Made by a program: the position numbers and the translations under genes
NCBI GenBank assembly: GCA_964016885.1
Contig: OZ024745.1
Location: 101,246,001-101,310,000 of the forward strand
Source of the DNA: Eledone cirrhosa
Lineage: Eukaryota
Direction: 5' to 3'
DNA: 64,000 nt
Shown: positions 27,930 to 42,421 of the stretch, piece after piece
How the letters are laid out: each line of letters begins with the position of its first letter
How positions within the stretch are numbered: the first letter of the stretch is position 1
Notes under the pieces: model-generated
The model's input: only the letters and a program-made list of their open reading frames with translations
The model's database searches: none
Told to the model about the DNA's origin: nothing

Positions 27930-27993
<64 letters not shown>

Positions 27994-28115
27994 GTTTGTT
28001 TGATCAAAGCTAACAGCGGTTATACAACAACAACTTGGAGACGAAGTCCTAGTTAATGATTCTACGATCTACTAAATTATATAACAAATCTCATCATATT
28101 TTCATGACTACTGAC

Positions 28116-28245
28116 CATCTTTAAATAGGCTATATTTTTGTACATTCCATTGAGTGCAGTCCTTGTCTTGCTATGGACTCGAAGAGGCAATGTCTGGATA
28201 TACGATGTGTTCTGGGCCCATGACGGAGCCCATCCCCGATTCTTT
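28116..28245 (-). other. Candidate internal exon of an unidentified gene
   Basis: Pyrimidine tract TTTCTTTCCTTTTTCTAG acceptor, 130 nt with one open frame (KNRGWAPSWAQNTSYIQTLPLRVHSKTRTALNGMYKNIAYLKM), GTCAGT donor. No homology recognised. Confidence 0.3.
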
Positions 28246-29763
28246 CTAGAAAAAGGAAAGAAATATAAAATGAAAGAGAAAGTATAATTGATCTCAGAAC
28301 ACAACTGGGACTTTATTGATTCTGAAATGCCGAAAGGCAAAGGTAGCCTCGGTTGTATTTGAAATCAAAGCACAGACAACCGGAACAAATGTCGCAAGGC
28401 ACTCTATCCGACGCGCTAATGAGTTTGCCAATTCACCACCTTACCTGAGTGCATACATCTGATTAAAATGACAGCTTCCATGTTCTTAAGCAACTGTGAC
28501 TTCGTCGTTTATTGAGCATGCGTGTATAATATTTGCGTGTGTGCATTTGTAAAGCATATCTGAAGTATCTGTTACAAGGTTACGTTTTCTTAGTACAAGT
28601 GATAAATATAGTTTATTTTTCTTGCAGCAATCCTCTTTCTTATTCATAAGCAACGTAAAACTATTTATTACCATTCTATTGTAAGGTTTCAAAATGTTAA
28701 GTAGCAAGCATTGCACTTCGTAACTTATCCCATCTTATGTTTCTTTTACAATGCACAAATACATATATACATATACATATATAGACACGCGCGCACATAT
28801 GTGATATAAACACACACAGTAGATAACTGTGATGAGATTGTTGACTATTTCGATTGCCGGTAGTATGCACTCTTTGGTATTTAAACAGATTTTTTTTTAA
28901 ATCGAGGAATGGGTTAAGGGTGACCTGGTATTAATGCATGAAGCATACATATCTGTTTTGAAGCTAAACATTCTTCAAGAGCACATTGAAACCATAAAAA
29001 AATCTTTGAACAAATAAACATATAAATAAAAGGATGCTATTCAGCGTTTTGTTGAATGCTAACACACACGGTGGCAAATATTTGTTATCGACGCAGTTAT
29101 AGCTATTACGATAAACCCGGATGTTACCATCCTCTGAACCTCTCACATCTAACGAGGAGTGGAATAAAGACAATAAGTGCAAATATATTCAGAGGCTGGT
29201 CTTTAAAAAAGACATGTTATGAAGTATGCTGCATTTGAAGTTCTAACTTAACTGGAAAAGATTTTTAAAAAAACGTAGATTTTGGAAGACAATAAAGAAG
29301 GTAGAAATGTAGAAATGAATAAGACTTAATTCAATATCAGTAATATTTACTGGATAAAATAAGTTGTTTCTACTTTTGGCACAAGACCAGCAATTACCCA
29401 GTGCATTACTGGTACATTATTTTATCAATCCTGTAAGGATGAAAGGCAAAGTTAACCTCGGCGGGATTTGAACTCACACTGTAAATGGACGTAACCATGC
29501 TGGAAAGTATGGTGTCCGACCCTCTACCGATACTGCCATTGTTGGAAGATAATAGTTACTACTACTACTTTCATGAGCAAAAGAGAACGTCAAGGAGATT
29601 TTAAATTGATATTTCTTGGAGTGAACTGATATATTTAGAATTCTCAGACTCAACAAGTAGGCCATTGAAACCAACGAGAGATCGATTATATCATTGCATG
29701 GCTTTCTAGAAATACTTGCCGATGTCCTAAAATTAAAAGGATATATTAGATAATATAATCCTG

Positions 29764-30240
29764 GGCATACGTCAAAACGGCCGGTCTCAAAAGTGAAACT
29801 AATTTTTGACAGTTACGTACACGTTATAAGAGTTATTTAAATTTTTATATATAAAATAAAGGAGCAAATAAGAGCATGATATGAAGTCAGTCATGTGTGT
29901 GTGTATATATGTGTGTGTGTGTGTAAACAAATGTAAAAGAATATATGTAGGGCATAGATAAGGTTTCCTAGAATTTTACACACACACACACACATATATA
30001 CACACACACGTGTATATATTATAGTGTGTATGTTTGCATATATAAGTGTATATGTGTGTGTACTTTTACATTCGTTTACACACACACACATATATATACA
30101 CACACACATGACTGACTTCATATCATGCTCTTATTTGCTCCTTTATTTTATATATATATAAATTTAAATAACTCTTATAACGTGTACGTAACTGTCAAAA
30201 ATTAGTTTCACTTTTGAGACCGGCCGTTTTGACGTATGCC
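29764..30240. mobile_element. MITE with ~177-bp TIRs and 9-bp TSD (Mutator-like)
   Basis: GGCATACGTCAAAACGGCCGG... / ...CCGGCCGTTTTGACGTATGCC. ATAATCCTG duplicated at 29755-29763 and 30241-30249. Confidence 0.88.
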
Positions 30241-30933
30241 ATAATCCTGAATATACAATGTTTGAAAATTAAAGGATGCATGCATTTGATTAGAGACCAC
30301 CTGGATCAGGTCTAATTTAAGGTTACAAACTAACACTAATGGATAACGCAGTCTTTGATACGCTGTTTTTGAAAATAATCGACCAGAGCTGTACACATCA
30401 GGTTCTGCCGTCTTGCAGAGGACCTCGTTGATGAGAGTGCGGCTGGGGGAAATATTTCAAAGCTTAAATAGGATTCTCTCTCTTTTCTCTTCCACTACCT
30501 ACCTATTTCGTTACTATCTACTCTTCCCCCTCTTTCTTCTTCTCCCTTTCTCCCTCTCACTTTCACTCACCCTTTCTCTGCTTGCCACCTCATTGTTTTC
30601 CATCGCCTGACCTTCTAGCAGTCTTTTTCTCCCCCACGCTCGCTTGGGTCAGTTGTCTTTTTCGTTCGATCATACGCTCTCGATCTTATGTTCTGTTACC
30701 GCTGTGATCTTGGATTCTCTCTCCAGTTGCTGAACATTCTTCGGTTTGTTGTTTTTTTCGCTGTTTTCCTTTTCCCTCCTCCGTTTTCCCAATAACTTAC
30801 CCGGTTATTGAACGCTCTGGGAGTAGATATATTGTCTTTAAAACGTTGAAATATTCGAGACCCCCAGGAGACAACTGACGAGGACCCCCCCCCCCCGTTC
30901 TTGCTTTCTTCTTACTCTCATTCCATTTTTAAG

Positions 30934-30981
<48 letters not shown>

Positions 30982-30984
30982 TTT

Positions 30985-31175
30985 ATCCTGGGCTCAATCG
31001 TGGGTGACTTCATTAAGTAAGTTAATCAATACAAAGCAGAGTATAAATATTTAATATAGAAAGGCTTCTACAAGACTAGAACTGTTTCATTCGGGTGAAA
31101 TCATCAGGAACCCCTGATGATTTCACCCGAATGAAACAGCTCTAGTCCTGTAGAAGCCTTTCTATATTAAATATA
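30985..31175. mobile_element. pLTR fold-back with HHR cores on both arms
   Basis: ...TTTCATTCGGGTGAAATCATCAGG aacc CCTGATGATTTCACCCGAATGAAAC...; ~60-bp arms, in (TA)n. Confidence 0.7.
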
Positions 31176-31387
31176 TATATATATATATTGTTTTCCCTTT
31201 TCATTTTCGTTTTTTTTTTGTGTGTCTTTACTGGACATTCTTTCTGCTTTCTCCATTGTAATTCTGTTTCTATTTGTACTCCTGAAGAAGGGCTAAAACC
31301 CGACACGTCGAACTTTCTTTCCTATTTCCAATATAAAGCGTGAAACTAATAAGACCTTTTGTACCTCTGTTTGTTGTCTCCTCGAAC

Positions 31388-31458
31388 TACATACATACAT
31401 ACATACATACATACATACATACATACATACATACATACATACATACATACATACATAC
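31388..31458 (+). repeat. (TACA)n microsatellite
   Basis: Direct reading. Confidence 0.95.
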
Positions 31459-32399
31459 AAGAATGCATGCATACGTACATTACATAATACATACATTATA
31501 TACAAGTTTGGTAGAAAAAACTCCCTATTAATAAGTAATCAAAACTTTTGACCTATGTGGCCGCTTGGGACAACATCAATGACCTCATATTCTTGCAATA
31601 TTAGACCCCTGATGTCCAATGTTCAGGCCGTTGGCTAGGTCGTCGTAGTCCACATGAATGACCAGCAAGAAGCCCGGACTTATCGCCATGTTATTATTTT
31701 CCTGTGAAGTGGGCGAAGAACAAAGTTTAAAACTCAAAACCAAAGACTGACAATTCGTCATGTACTGACCAACATACTGCCTGAGTTCCTGATGAAGTCA
31801 GTCGAGGATATACCAAAACGATTACAAACACTGTTGGACAACACTGGTGTCTGTAGAATTTTAACACTGTACTGTATAGAGAGTTTATTTCCACTCACCC
31901 TTTATATATGCAGTGTGGGGTGCGCAAAAGTGAAAATAAAAGAGAAAAACAAGCATAAGAGACAAAGAAAGAAGTAAAACAGAGATAAAATATCAAGCTC
32001 CCTCGTCGATTACCCTTGAATAGATCATTGTGAATTCATAATGGAGGGTAGTAATGCTGCCACACACCAAATTGTTAGTAGTTACAATAGAAATAGTTAT
32101 AAAAACGGTGTTAAAAATTATAGTACAATAAAGTGTTTGTGACGCTAAACTCCGCCAGTTGCAGACTGCATATCAACATGAGAAATTGTTCTCCACAAAG
32201 TTCGTTTAAAGCAGCAGAGTTTAAAAAGCACAATAAATTATGATAGCATAAATGAAAATTACACAGAGGAGTCAATACGGTAAGAAGTGCTGGGAAAATG
32301 AGAGCCACAAGCCTTTGAGCCAGTATGTGAATAGTTATAATAGAAATAGTTACTGGGAAGGATGTTAAAAAATACAGACCAACCAATTGCAACAATATC

Positions 32400-32655
32400 A
32401 TGAAGGTAAATTCCATACAGAAAGTCGTTGATTCAGCTAGGAAACACAGTGATAGGTGGTTTCTGTAGGGATGTAAGTCTGGACAGATGTAGTAAATTGT
32501 AGACGTTTGTCTTAGTATGACATTAGGGAGGAGGAGAAAGTTTATGAGACATCCTATGGTGAGCCAGTCCGGGTTGAAAAGGTGCAAAGGATGAGCTGCA
32601 GCAAATCGGGAAGTGACGTTAGAGGAAGTGGGGTGCATTGTGAAACCCGACAAAG
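32400..32655 (-). pseudogene. Possible I-clade/Nimb LINE C-terminal remnant
   Basis: Scrambled frames give ...HKLSPPP*C... and ICPDLHPYRNHLSL, reminiscent of the C-terminal CCHC region. Confidence 0.3.
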
Positions 32656-32725
32656 AAAAGGAAAGAGAGAGAATGATAGAAGCAGTATGCAGAAGTGGTT
32701 TTCTATACTAAACGGTTATATATCT

Positions 32726-33107
32726 GAAATTAAGGTTGAAACAGATGTTACATAATCGTATTTATTGGATAAAACGTATATCAGTGACACCAGCGTGAAG
32801 CTGTTTATGCGATCGTTACAACAGCAACCGGCACTGGTGTGGCATCATCAGATGCTAACATAGTTATGTGAGGTGTTAGTATGTTACTTCCATATTTGCG
32901 AAAGTCCAGTGGACTGGAATCTTGCAAATATGGAAACGTTTGCTTGCGGCATATCAACTCCTTTACATAATTGTGTTAATATCTGATGGCATCACATCGA
33001 TGCCTGTTACTGTTGTAATGATCGCATAACAGCTCCACATCGGTGTTACTGAGATACGTATTACCCAATAAATACGATTATGTAATATTTGTTTCAACAT
33101 TAATTTC
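32726..33107. repeat. Old imperfect palindrome / MITE-like element
   Basis: GAAATTAAGGTTGAAACAGATGTTACATAATCGTATTTATTGG pairs with CCAATAAATACGATTATGTAATATTTGTTTCAACATTAATTTC. Centre near 32910. Confidence 0.75.
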
Positions 33108-34201
33108 CTACGTTGAAACTCAGTCGCGTTTCATCGCAGCCATAATGCTGGATAGAAGCGACTGACGTGGAGTGCTCTTACCTGCTCAACGAGACGTCGC
33201 AACGCAATTCTTTCGGATAAGCAACACAGTAATTAACAATATATGTATGATTGCATGTTTGTGTGTGTATTTGTGCTTGTGTGTGTGTGTGTGTGTGTGT
33301 GTGGTGGTGGTGGGGGTTACTGTTTACTGTTTTTATGTCCAGTTGCTTAGCTATTCGATAAATTAAGTGGAGAGGACGACATAATCAACTTGAAATAAAT
33401 AGAATATTAAGCTTAAAGCCATCTGACACCATGACATAGGCTTCAATATTATCTTTCAATACTGATTTTAACTTCCCATGAAGAAATTGTGCCCAGTAGA
33501 TTTTGTGAGTCAATTATTCAAGCTATCGCCAAAACTAAGAAATATCTTAATTCTGCCCTATAATTACGACCCTATCATTTTTTCTTTCCTTTTTTAACGT
33601 TGCTCTCTTAGCACTAATTTTAACTAGTAATATTTATTAGCTTTAATTGAATAATAGCAGCCTACTGTTGTACAGAGTGTTGTAAACAGCCGATGTTGTT
33701 TCTAATGCTAAAGTTACAATTCATATAATTCAACTTCTTAATCTTTTTACTATTCTTTTACTTTCCATTCAACATCAGAATTAATCTATACGATTTACAC
33801 CATCTATTATTACTTACATGTGTCTAAAAGAAAACAAAAAAGAAATCTGAAATTTATTTGACCATTTTCTATCACAAATAATCCTCGTTCATTTGAATTA
33901 TCTTGGACACCGTAAGAGATAAAAAAAAGGAAAGAAAAAAAGGAAAGAAAGAAATGAAAACTATCAGAGTGTAGTTGAAATAATTTTGCAGCATAAAATT
34001 ACATATGTCGGAGCTCATTAGTTGGAATTTCTTTTAGAGGTCGTTAACGAAAATCTAAGTTATAGGTTTTAAACTATCTTCCACTTCTTTGCTCCGGCTT
34101 ATGGTTAACACAAATTGAAAAATGTATCCTGTGCCAGAAATAAAAAGGTATCTGTATGTATGCATGCGTGCGTATTCGTGTGTACACACACACACACACA
34201 T

Positions 34202-34347
<146 letters not shown>

Positions 34348-35989
34348 ATGTACGTATATGTATACATACATATGTGTGTGTATGTGTGTGTGTGTGTGTA
34401 TAACAGAATCGTTATGGCTGTGATATGTTTGCTTCCTTTATTCTAGATATTCACTAACTTTCTGAAGAGAATCGATGTTATTAAGATACAGTGATTGAGT
34501 ATATTTCGTGAACCTCTCTGTAGTCATTAGTGAAGGACGGTTTAAGAATATACTAACTCATGGTGATAGCTGAATTATCTTCTGATTCGTTAAGATTTAG
34601 TGTTAAGAGTCAGTTGTAATGATTTGAAATGTCAAGTATCAAGTCAAGACAGACAAAATACCTTAAAGTTAAATCGGACGCAATTCGTTACAACTTTAAC
34701 AATAAAAGATGTACACTCCTTCTGATACGAACTAGCTCACTCTGAGTCATCCTCCTTCACTTATACACCTCACCCCAATTCATGCGCTTATCTGATAATC
34801 CACTTCTTGCGCTTGCCAAATAAGAGGAGAAATAACTCGTCAACGAGGAGAAATATCTCAGAATAATACGATACAATGAGGATAGATATATTAGTTTAAC
34901 ACTTAAAGTAATTGGGAAAAAGTCTTAATATTTTGGACGTTATTCCTTCATCGAAAGACAGAATGAGAAAGAAGATAGGATGCTTGGAAGAAATAGGAAG
35001 ATAAACGAAATTAAGAAAAGAAAGAAAACGAGAAAAACTTACACAGTGTGAAAGCCCGAATATCTAAAGAGTAAACGTGAACAGGATGTAAACCGGAGCT
35101 CAAACCCAACCAAACACTCACAGCTAATAAGGCAAATGCGAGACGAAAATTATTTTGAACAATTGAAACAAGAAAGGAAACTTTCACACCGGAAAAAAGA
35201 TAATTGGTGTAGCTACGAGACTTCTTAATTTGTCACCTTTGTCCTACTGCTATTGACATCTTTCTGTGGGTGGGTGGTGGTGGGGAAAATATCCTCTCTA
35301 TCCCTCAGTGTCAGAATTATTACTAAAAAGCTTTGTGCACTGTAATCATGGTGTTGTTCAAATGTTTCATCTTTCCTCGATAAGAACATTTTACATGGTG
35401 GAATTTTCACCTTCTCTTGAATTACTTATAAACTATGTTTATGTGTGTGAAAATCACGTCAAATCTTTGTTCTTTAAACGGCATTATACTTTAACAAATG
35501 TATATTTTTGTCAATGAAAATAACCACTAATTGCAATATAAGCGGGCTCCTGTCAGACGAATAAGCAACCCCGGATGAACAGCGGTAAACTAGTAGGGTA
35601 GGTGCAGCAATTGTGTGACACTGTTAGCTACCAAGAAAACTCACAAATCCAGTGATGTAGCTAAGACGAGGTGACTAAAGGCTGCCTCCAAAACAAAACA
35701 AAAATCTAATCTTCAGGAGTCTCAGAAAAGTACCAAATTGGTGACTGGCGCGAATCTGACCACCAAAACACTGCAATATGGCCAGAAAAAGTAAAGGCAC
35801 CCATACCGCATTTTCCTTCGCGCGGTATAACACGGGGAGCGTTGAAGCACTAGGTAGAGGGGCCTGTTTGAAAAGATAATTGCAGTCTCCATCGCACGCT
35901 GAAAGAACTAGCAATAGGCATGCGACCTGTCCTGGGAAGCGTAGGATGGAAGCACAAAAGTTACCTATCCCGAGACCCCAAAAGGGAGC

Positions 35990-36460
35990 AAACCTTGAAA
36001 AGTGGCAAGTGGAATGTTACAACCCTTAGAGGCAAAGAGCAGGAAGTAGTGCAGGAGCCCAGATGCTACAGACTAGGTAGAGTCAGGGTTTCCACAAAAA
36101 GTCTTGTGGCTCTAGTACTGAGATTTGGGTGGAGGATGGAAACTCCACTATTCAGATGTAGTGCCAGAAATGAATGCACAGGCGGGAGTGGCAATATTCA
36201 CAAGCCCCAGTTGTCAGAATGTGTGTTATGGACTGGATCCTATTGGGAGGGAGAATTTGCCTCTTGAAGCTTAGGCTGTAAGATGCAAGTTTAAGCACCA
36301 TAGAGAGAGCCTAAATAACAGATCTTTCCTTGTTGAAGTCGCTGCCGCGTTAGATGTAGTTATGGCTGAGACTACAATGTACATACTGGGAGACTACAAT
36401 GCACATACTGGCACTGACTACCCGGACATGTAAGGATGCATCATACTGGAGAACTCTGAC
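35990..36460 (+). pseudogene. RTE-clade LINE, APE endonuclease N-terminus (degenerate)
   Basis: GKWNVTTLRGKEQEVVQE...YRL...GWKLHYS...AGVAI...LGDYNAHTG, the typical RTE endonuclease pattern. Confidence 0.75.
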
Positions 36461-37514
36461 CTCATTACCCACCCGGAAAAATGTGGCCGAATAAGAAGTA
36501 AAAGAAGAAAATAACAACTAGTTTACTAGGATACGTTTTTTTTTGGGGGGGGGGGGGGGGGTAATAGCTTGTTAGCAGATTTCTTCTTCTGGATAGATTC
36601 AGATAACAAATTCCCTATCAAGTAATTAACACTAGTGATCTTATCAAACATTAACAAGTTTAATATGCTTCTGTATCTTGTACCTATTTTCTTCATACGA
36701 ATAAAAGATAATGATTGTAAAAGATATTTTAACCGTTTGGTTTGTAGTGACAAGTGGCTATAAATTAGATTTGGAATCATATATTTTATTTGTCTTTCGT
36801 CTTGAAAATCTGGCGTCGATGTAAATCGTGGTATATTTGAGATTTACTACTCCTACCCATCCACCAACGGTTTCTTTTGCTATCCATTTATTGCTAATTG
36901 TCCAAATCCACATACCTATGATTAAACGTTTTTACTGCGTGTAAATGTTTATGGACATTCAATTGTATATGTGCATACTTGCCTTTAGGAAACGTACTGT
37001 GCGGCCTTTCTTTGAACTTCCTGGTAAGAGTTAATTTTCTGACAAGACTTATTCTTTTAGACATAAGACAAAGCGATAAAAATATCGGCGAGAAATGCGC
37101 TCTTTTGAGGGTAGGTGGGTGAGGGAAAGCAGCAGTGTTCTTCGTATTAACAATACAAAAGCTATCAAGAATTTTGGTGTACAGTACAAAGTTTCTTCTG
37201 ATGTAGCCCAGGCCTCCCACGTAGTAAACGGTGCTGATAGGGTGGCAGTAGAAAAGGAGAGGAAAAAAAGAGGAAAAAGTAAAACTGTGATGGTAAACAG
37301 TTGTAACGAAATAGGTGATGTTGAGAAAGACGGTGGGGTGGCGAGTATAAAGAAAATGAAGGCTTAAAATAAAGAATAAGAAGAGATTGTTAATCAAAAC
37401 TCAAAGAATAAAAACAACCATTTCAAATCTAGGCGAATAACTGGAGGAGTAGAGAAAGATTGTGTTAATCAATTATAAACAATATCATTTCATTAAACCA
37501 AATGCTTGAATTAG

Positions 37515-37559
<45 letters not shown>

Positions 37560-37577
37560 GTGTGTGTGTGAGTGTGT

Positions 37578-37608
<31 letters not shown>

Positions 37609-37741
37609 GGGGGGGGTAAATGTAAAAAAATGAAATTTAATTTCTCATTCTTAGTACGGCTCATACTTAAATATAAGTATGTATACGTACATACATATAT
37701 GTATACGGACGTACAGTAGTATGTATATACATACATACATG

Positions 37742-37782
<41 letters not shown>

Positions 37783-38527
37783 GTATGGGTCTACCGAACA
37801 TTTATTATAATGCTCGGTTTGTTTGTAAACAAACAGCCCGAATTATTAGCCGCACGTATGTATTGTGCATGTATGTATATACATACTACTCTACGTCTGT
37901 ATACATACTTATATTTATATATATATATACATATATATGTACATCCTTGAGGAAGTGGAATCATATGATTCCAGTTCCCCAAGGAAATAACAACACACCA
38001 GGAGCTGGACATATCGATGTATTTACAGAGTAAAACACACTTCAACAACATGTGTACCTGTCTTTCCCACACCAATTCGGACTGCCTGAAGAGGTCACAG
38101 CCAATGAGGCAGATCATCGTTTCTCCATAGGTTTCTATGAATTCAAAATCAACAATCCTACTTGCGCAAGTATGCAAGATTTTGGTGTTTGAAGACCGAA
38201 CTGGGGATTCACGTTATCAACAGGTTTCCGTTCTGCGCCTTGACCCGGTGTGGTATGAAGTAGTAAGCCACTGTTGTTAGCGGTGGCTAATGCTTCAACT
38301 ATCAGGGTTTTTTTCCCAACAAGGGAAATAACCCTGGGGTTTTTTGGCGGGCAAATTCAAAATGTGGACAAGAGAATTGAGTTCGCTGCACAAACCGAAT
38401 AAGAAGCACTCGACTAGGCGTTATTAAACAAACATAAATAATTAATCAATCAATGGAATTGTTTAATTAAATTAATTAATTAATTATTAGGCCTTGGAGA
38501 TAATACAATATAAATATATATATATAC

Positions 38528-38597
<70 letters not shown>

Positions 38598-38733
38598 GAG
38601 GGAAAGGAATCAGCTTATTAAACACTAATATGCATCAACGAGACAAACTGTATGATCATTGATGTTTATGCCGTATATTTTATATGTATACATATATATA
38701 TATATATATAATGTATAATAAACAATACAATAT

Positions 38734-38800
38734 AATTACCTCATTACCAGAGGTTTCCCGAACAAGAAACGTCCGCATTCGTTCATCAGACAAGGCAATT
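38734..38800 (-). ncRNA. Type I hammerhead in the inverted 5' pLTR
   Basis: Minus: AATTGCCTTGT-CTGATGA-ACGAA...TTCGG-GAAA-CC TCT GG-TA-ATGAGGTAATT. Confidence 0.75.
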
Positions 38801-38820
38801 TAAAACATTGTGAAATATTT

Positions 38821-40876
38821 GAAAAAGTTGTTAAAAGAATGAGATGGAAAGCTTTGATTTTCGATGGGCACTTTATCACGGACTCTACAGAATACTTTGA
38901 TATCAAGTCTCATAAATACCCATAAAGAGTAAAAGATATGACCGCTTTTGAACTAGACTTAGTTAATTTAATCAACCAAATCAAATTCCGTAAGTACTCT
39001 AACTCTTTTTAATCTAAACTCTCTAACGATATTTCAAAATTCAAATCCTCTAAAAACATGTTCATTTTCTCTGATAAAACTAAAAACTTATACGAAGTTA
39101 ATAATGACTTACATAACCAACTCTTAACAGATAGTATCACCTCCAAATACCAAATAGCTAATATAAACACCTAAGGAAGCCAAAGAATTAGCTAGTTTTT
39201 TTTTAATAGACAATAGAACAGAAAAATTGCTAAACGTAATGCCTATATCACCCTCAAAGATCACAAATCTGATTTTAATAATCGTCCCAGTTGTAGATTA
39301 ATCAACCCTGCTAAGACTGAAATCGGCCTTGCTAGCAAAAAAATATTAAATAATATAAACAAACATATTAGAAGTAAGTCTGAATTACTCCAATGGATAA
39401 ATAGCTCTTCTGTAGTACATTGGTTTAAAAATATTAAAGATAAAAATAGTTCTAGATTCACCCAATTTGACATTGTAGACTTCTACCCGTCTATTACTCA
39501 CCCTCTTTTAAGGAAAGCATTAAATTTCGCTAAAAAGTTTATCAATATTTCTGATATTGAAGAGAATGTCATTTTGCATGCTAGAACCACTTTACTGTTT
39601 ACTAATAATGACACTTGGGTAAAAAAATCTAACCCAGAGAACCTATTCGATGTCTCAATGGGTTCTTTTGACAGTGCTGACGTGTGTGATTTAGTCGGCC
39701 TATTCCTCCTACACACACTTAAAGAGAAATTCTCTAACCATTCCTTTGGGCTTTATCGTGACGATGGTCTAATACTTTCCCATACCACTATAGGCCATAA
39801 CTTAGACAGATTCAGGAAAGACTTAATAAAATCCTTCGCTAGTTTTAATCTTAAAATTACCATTGACACTAACCTTTCTAATGTTAATTTTCTAGATATA
39901 AACCTAGATCTGCCTACTGCTTCTTATAAACCGTACCATAAACCAAATGAAAATTTAAAATATATAAATAAAGGCTCTTGCCATCCTCCTATAGTTTAAA
40001 AAAATCTTATCCCTAATATTAGCCGTAGGATCTCCACCCTCTCTTCCTCAGAAGCTATTTTCAATAAGGCATCCCCTACTATAATAAAGCCCTTCAAAAT
40101 AGCGTATTTAGTGAACCGATTAACTACATACCCAACAATACTAACTCCTTTAAACATAATAATAGGAAAAGAAAAATAATCTGGTTCACCCCACCCCTAC
40201 TCTTTAGCAGTTAAAACTAATGTAGGCAAAAAACTCCTAGAGCTCTTGGATAAACATTTCCCTAGAACACATAGATACTATAATATCTTCAATAGAAACT
40301 ATGTCAAAATCAGCTACTGCTGCGGTCCTTCTATTAAATCTTATATCCTCAATAAGAAAATACCCAGAGAACATCAAAATTGCTCCTGTAGAGTCAAAAG
40401 CGAATGCCCATTACAAGGTGAATGGCCATTACAAAAGTGAATGCCCATTACACCAAAGCCATTGTATATGAGGCTAAAGTGACAACCACCAGCAACAACC
40501 TACCAGCCACCAGCGAACGATATGTGGGTATGACACAAGACAAATTCAAAACGCGTTATTACTCACATGTCGCATCTTTCCGATATTCTGAAAAAAGATT
40601 TACAACAGCTCTGGTTAGCAGAATATGGGATTTGAAAACCAAGGTATCCAATATAAATTAGATTGGTCAATTTTGAACAAATCTAAAGAATATGCAAGCG
40701 GAACAAGATGCGCACTCTGCATAAGTGAAAAATATTGGATTTTACAGAACCTTAAATCACCAAAAACCTGCCTAAATGCAAAAACAGAAATTTTCACCAG
40801 TTGCCTACACATGAAATCACACTTGCTTTCCAGCTCATATAAACTTAACTCACTTTCAGACATGTATCCTCCATAA
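38821..40876 (+). pseudogene. Naiad ORF (RT + GIY-YIG) with several stops and frameshifts
   Basis: KRMRWKA N-terminal motif, SDKTKNLY, YITLKDHK...CRLINP, FTQFDIVDFYPSI, MGSFDSADVCDLVG, GLYRDDGL, CSCRVKSECPLQGE, IVYEA...YVGMT...FKTRYYSH, CALC. Confidence 0.93.
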
Positions 40877-40930
40877 ACTCTTGTTCTTCACTTTCCTTAA
40901 CTTACCTTATTTACAGACTTCTCTTTCAGA

Positions 40931-41162
40931 TTTATTTTTATTTTTATTTTTATTTTTATTTTTATTTTTATTTTTATTTTTATTTTTATTTTTATTTTTA
41001 TTTTTATTTTTATTTTTATTTTTATTTTTATTTTTATTTTTATTTTTATTTTTATTTTTATTTTTATTTTTATTTTTATTTTTATTTTTATTTTTATTTT
41101 TATTTTTATTTTTATTTTTATTTTTATTTTTATTTTTATTTTTATTTTTATTTTTATTTTTA
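40931..41162 (+). repeat. (TTTTTA)n hexanucleotide array in the Naiad 3' UTR
   Basis: About 38 perfect units. Confidence 0.95.
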
Positions 41163-41509
41163 CTTCACATCCACTAGTGACCCCCCTCCTGCTTTTTGAT
41201 TCACTTACTTTGTATCTTAACAATTTTACATATTTTATCCCCCCCTTTCTTTCACTACCTGATATCAAATGTCACTTGTGTTTTTAACTCCAGATATTTT
41301 CTGTTGTCCCTCAGCCGCTTTTATGTATGTTTACTTGCGTATATCTTGTACCCATTTATTCATACGGATGGTTTTTATATATGTATGCGTGTATGTGTGC
41401 ATATATGTGTATACGTGTTTGTATACGTATACGAATGCATCCGTATGTGTGCATGTATGTGTATATGTGTGTGTGTATGCGTGCTTTTACGTATATGTTT
41501 TTTACATAC

Positions 41510-41585
<76 letters not shown>

Positions 41586-42421
41586 CTGTACATATATATA
41601 TATGGTCGCGTGCGTGCGTGTGATTAGATGTACATGTATGTATATATATGTGTATCGTGTGTATGTATTCGTGTTTTTGTATGTATGTATGTACGCATGT
41701 ATGTGTATGTATCCTTTTGTGCATGTGGTTTTGTCTGTACATATATATATATTTATATATATATATGTGCGTACGAGTTTGTTCGCGTATCTGCATGTTT
41801 TCTACTTTTTATTTATTATTTTTTCTAGTGTTACTTTATAATTGATAACCTCTCCCCCTTACTTTCTCCTTGCCTTAATTTTTATTCTTATCTTATATAT
41901 TATTTCATCACTTTTTCATATTTTATATTTTTATATCTGTATCGACCTTCAGTCTGACTCTGCTTTGACTGATACACTCCCTTCCTTGTATATATCACAT
42001 ACATGTATGTGATTGCGCGTGTGTGTATGTTTATACGCGTGCGTCCTTTCATCCTTGTATGTGTATATATTTCAATTCTTAGTCCCTGAGTCTGTATGTA
42101 CGCTAACTCTATTATCTTACAATTCCTTTTTCAACATATATATATATACGTATTTGTGGTCACACATACACTAATATGTTTGCCCTCATGTATGTACTTA
42201 CGCACACATTTTTCACTATACACATGCATTTGTACATACACACATATGTACATTTGTAGGTGCATATACACACATTTATACACATCCCCTTACTATATTT
42301 CTTTATTTTATTTTTATATATCTCTTGTATTATTACTTTTATTTATTATTATAAAAAAATTTTTTCCCGTTAAACTTTTGCCTTTCTTGAGGAGATTTTT
42401 CAAATATTTCACTATGTTTTA

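Noticed and set aside
38250-38360. Two strong hairpins, one starting ATGA (SECIS-like); also a multi-stem region at 6240-6410
   Set aside because: There is no GA quartet geometry, no ribozyme core, and only a single copy, so covariation cannot be judged.
38821-40876. Selenocysteine (in-frame UGA) recoding or SECIS, reported for some Naiads
   Set aside because: Conserved Cys positions use TGT/TGC in the Naiad ORFs here, the stops I checked are TAA or frameshift-derived, and no convincing SECIS was seen.
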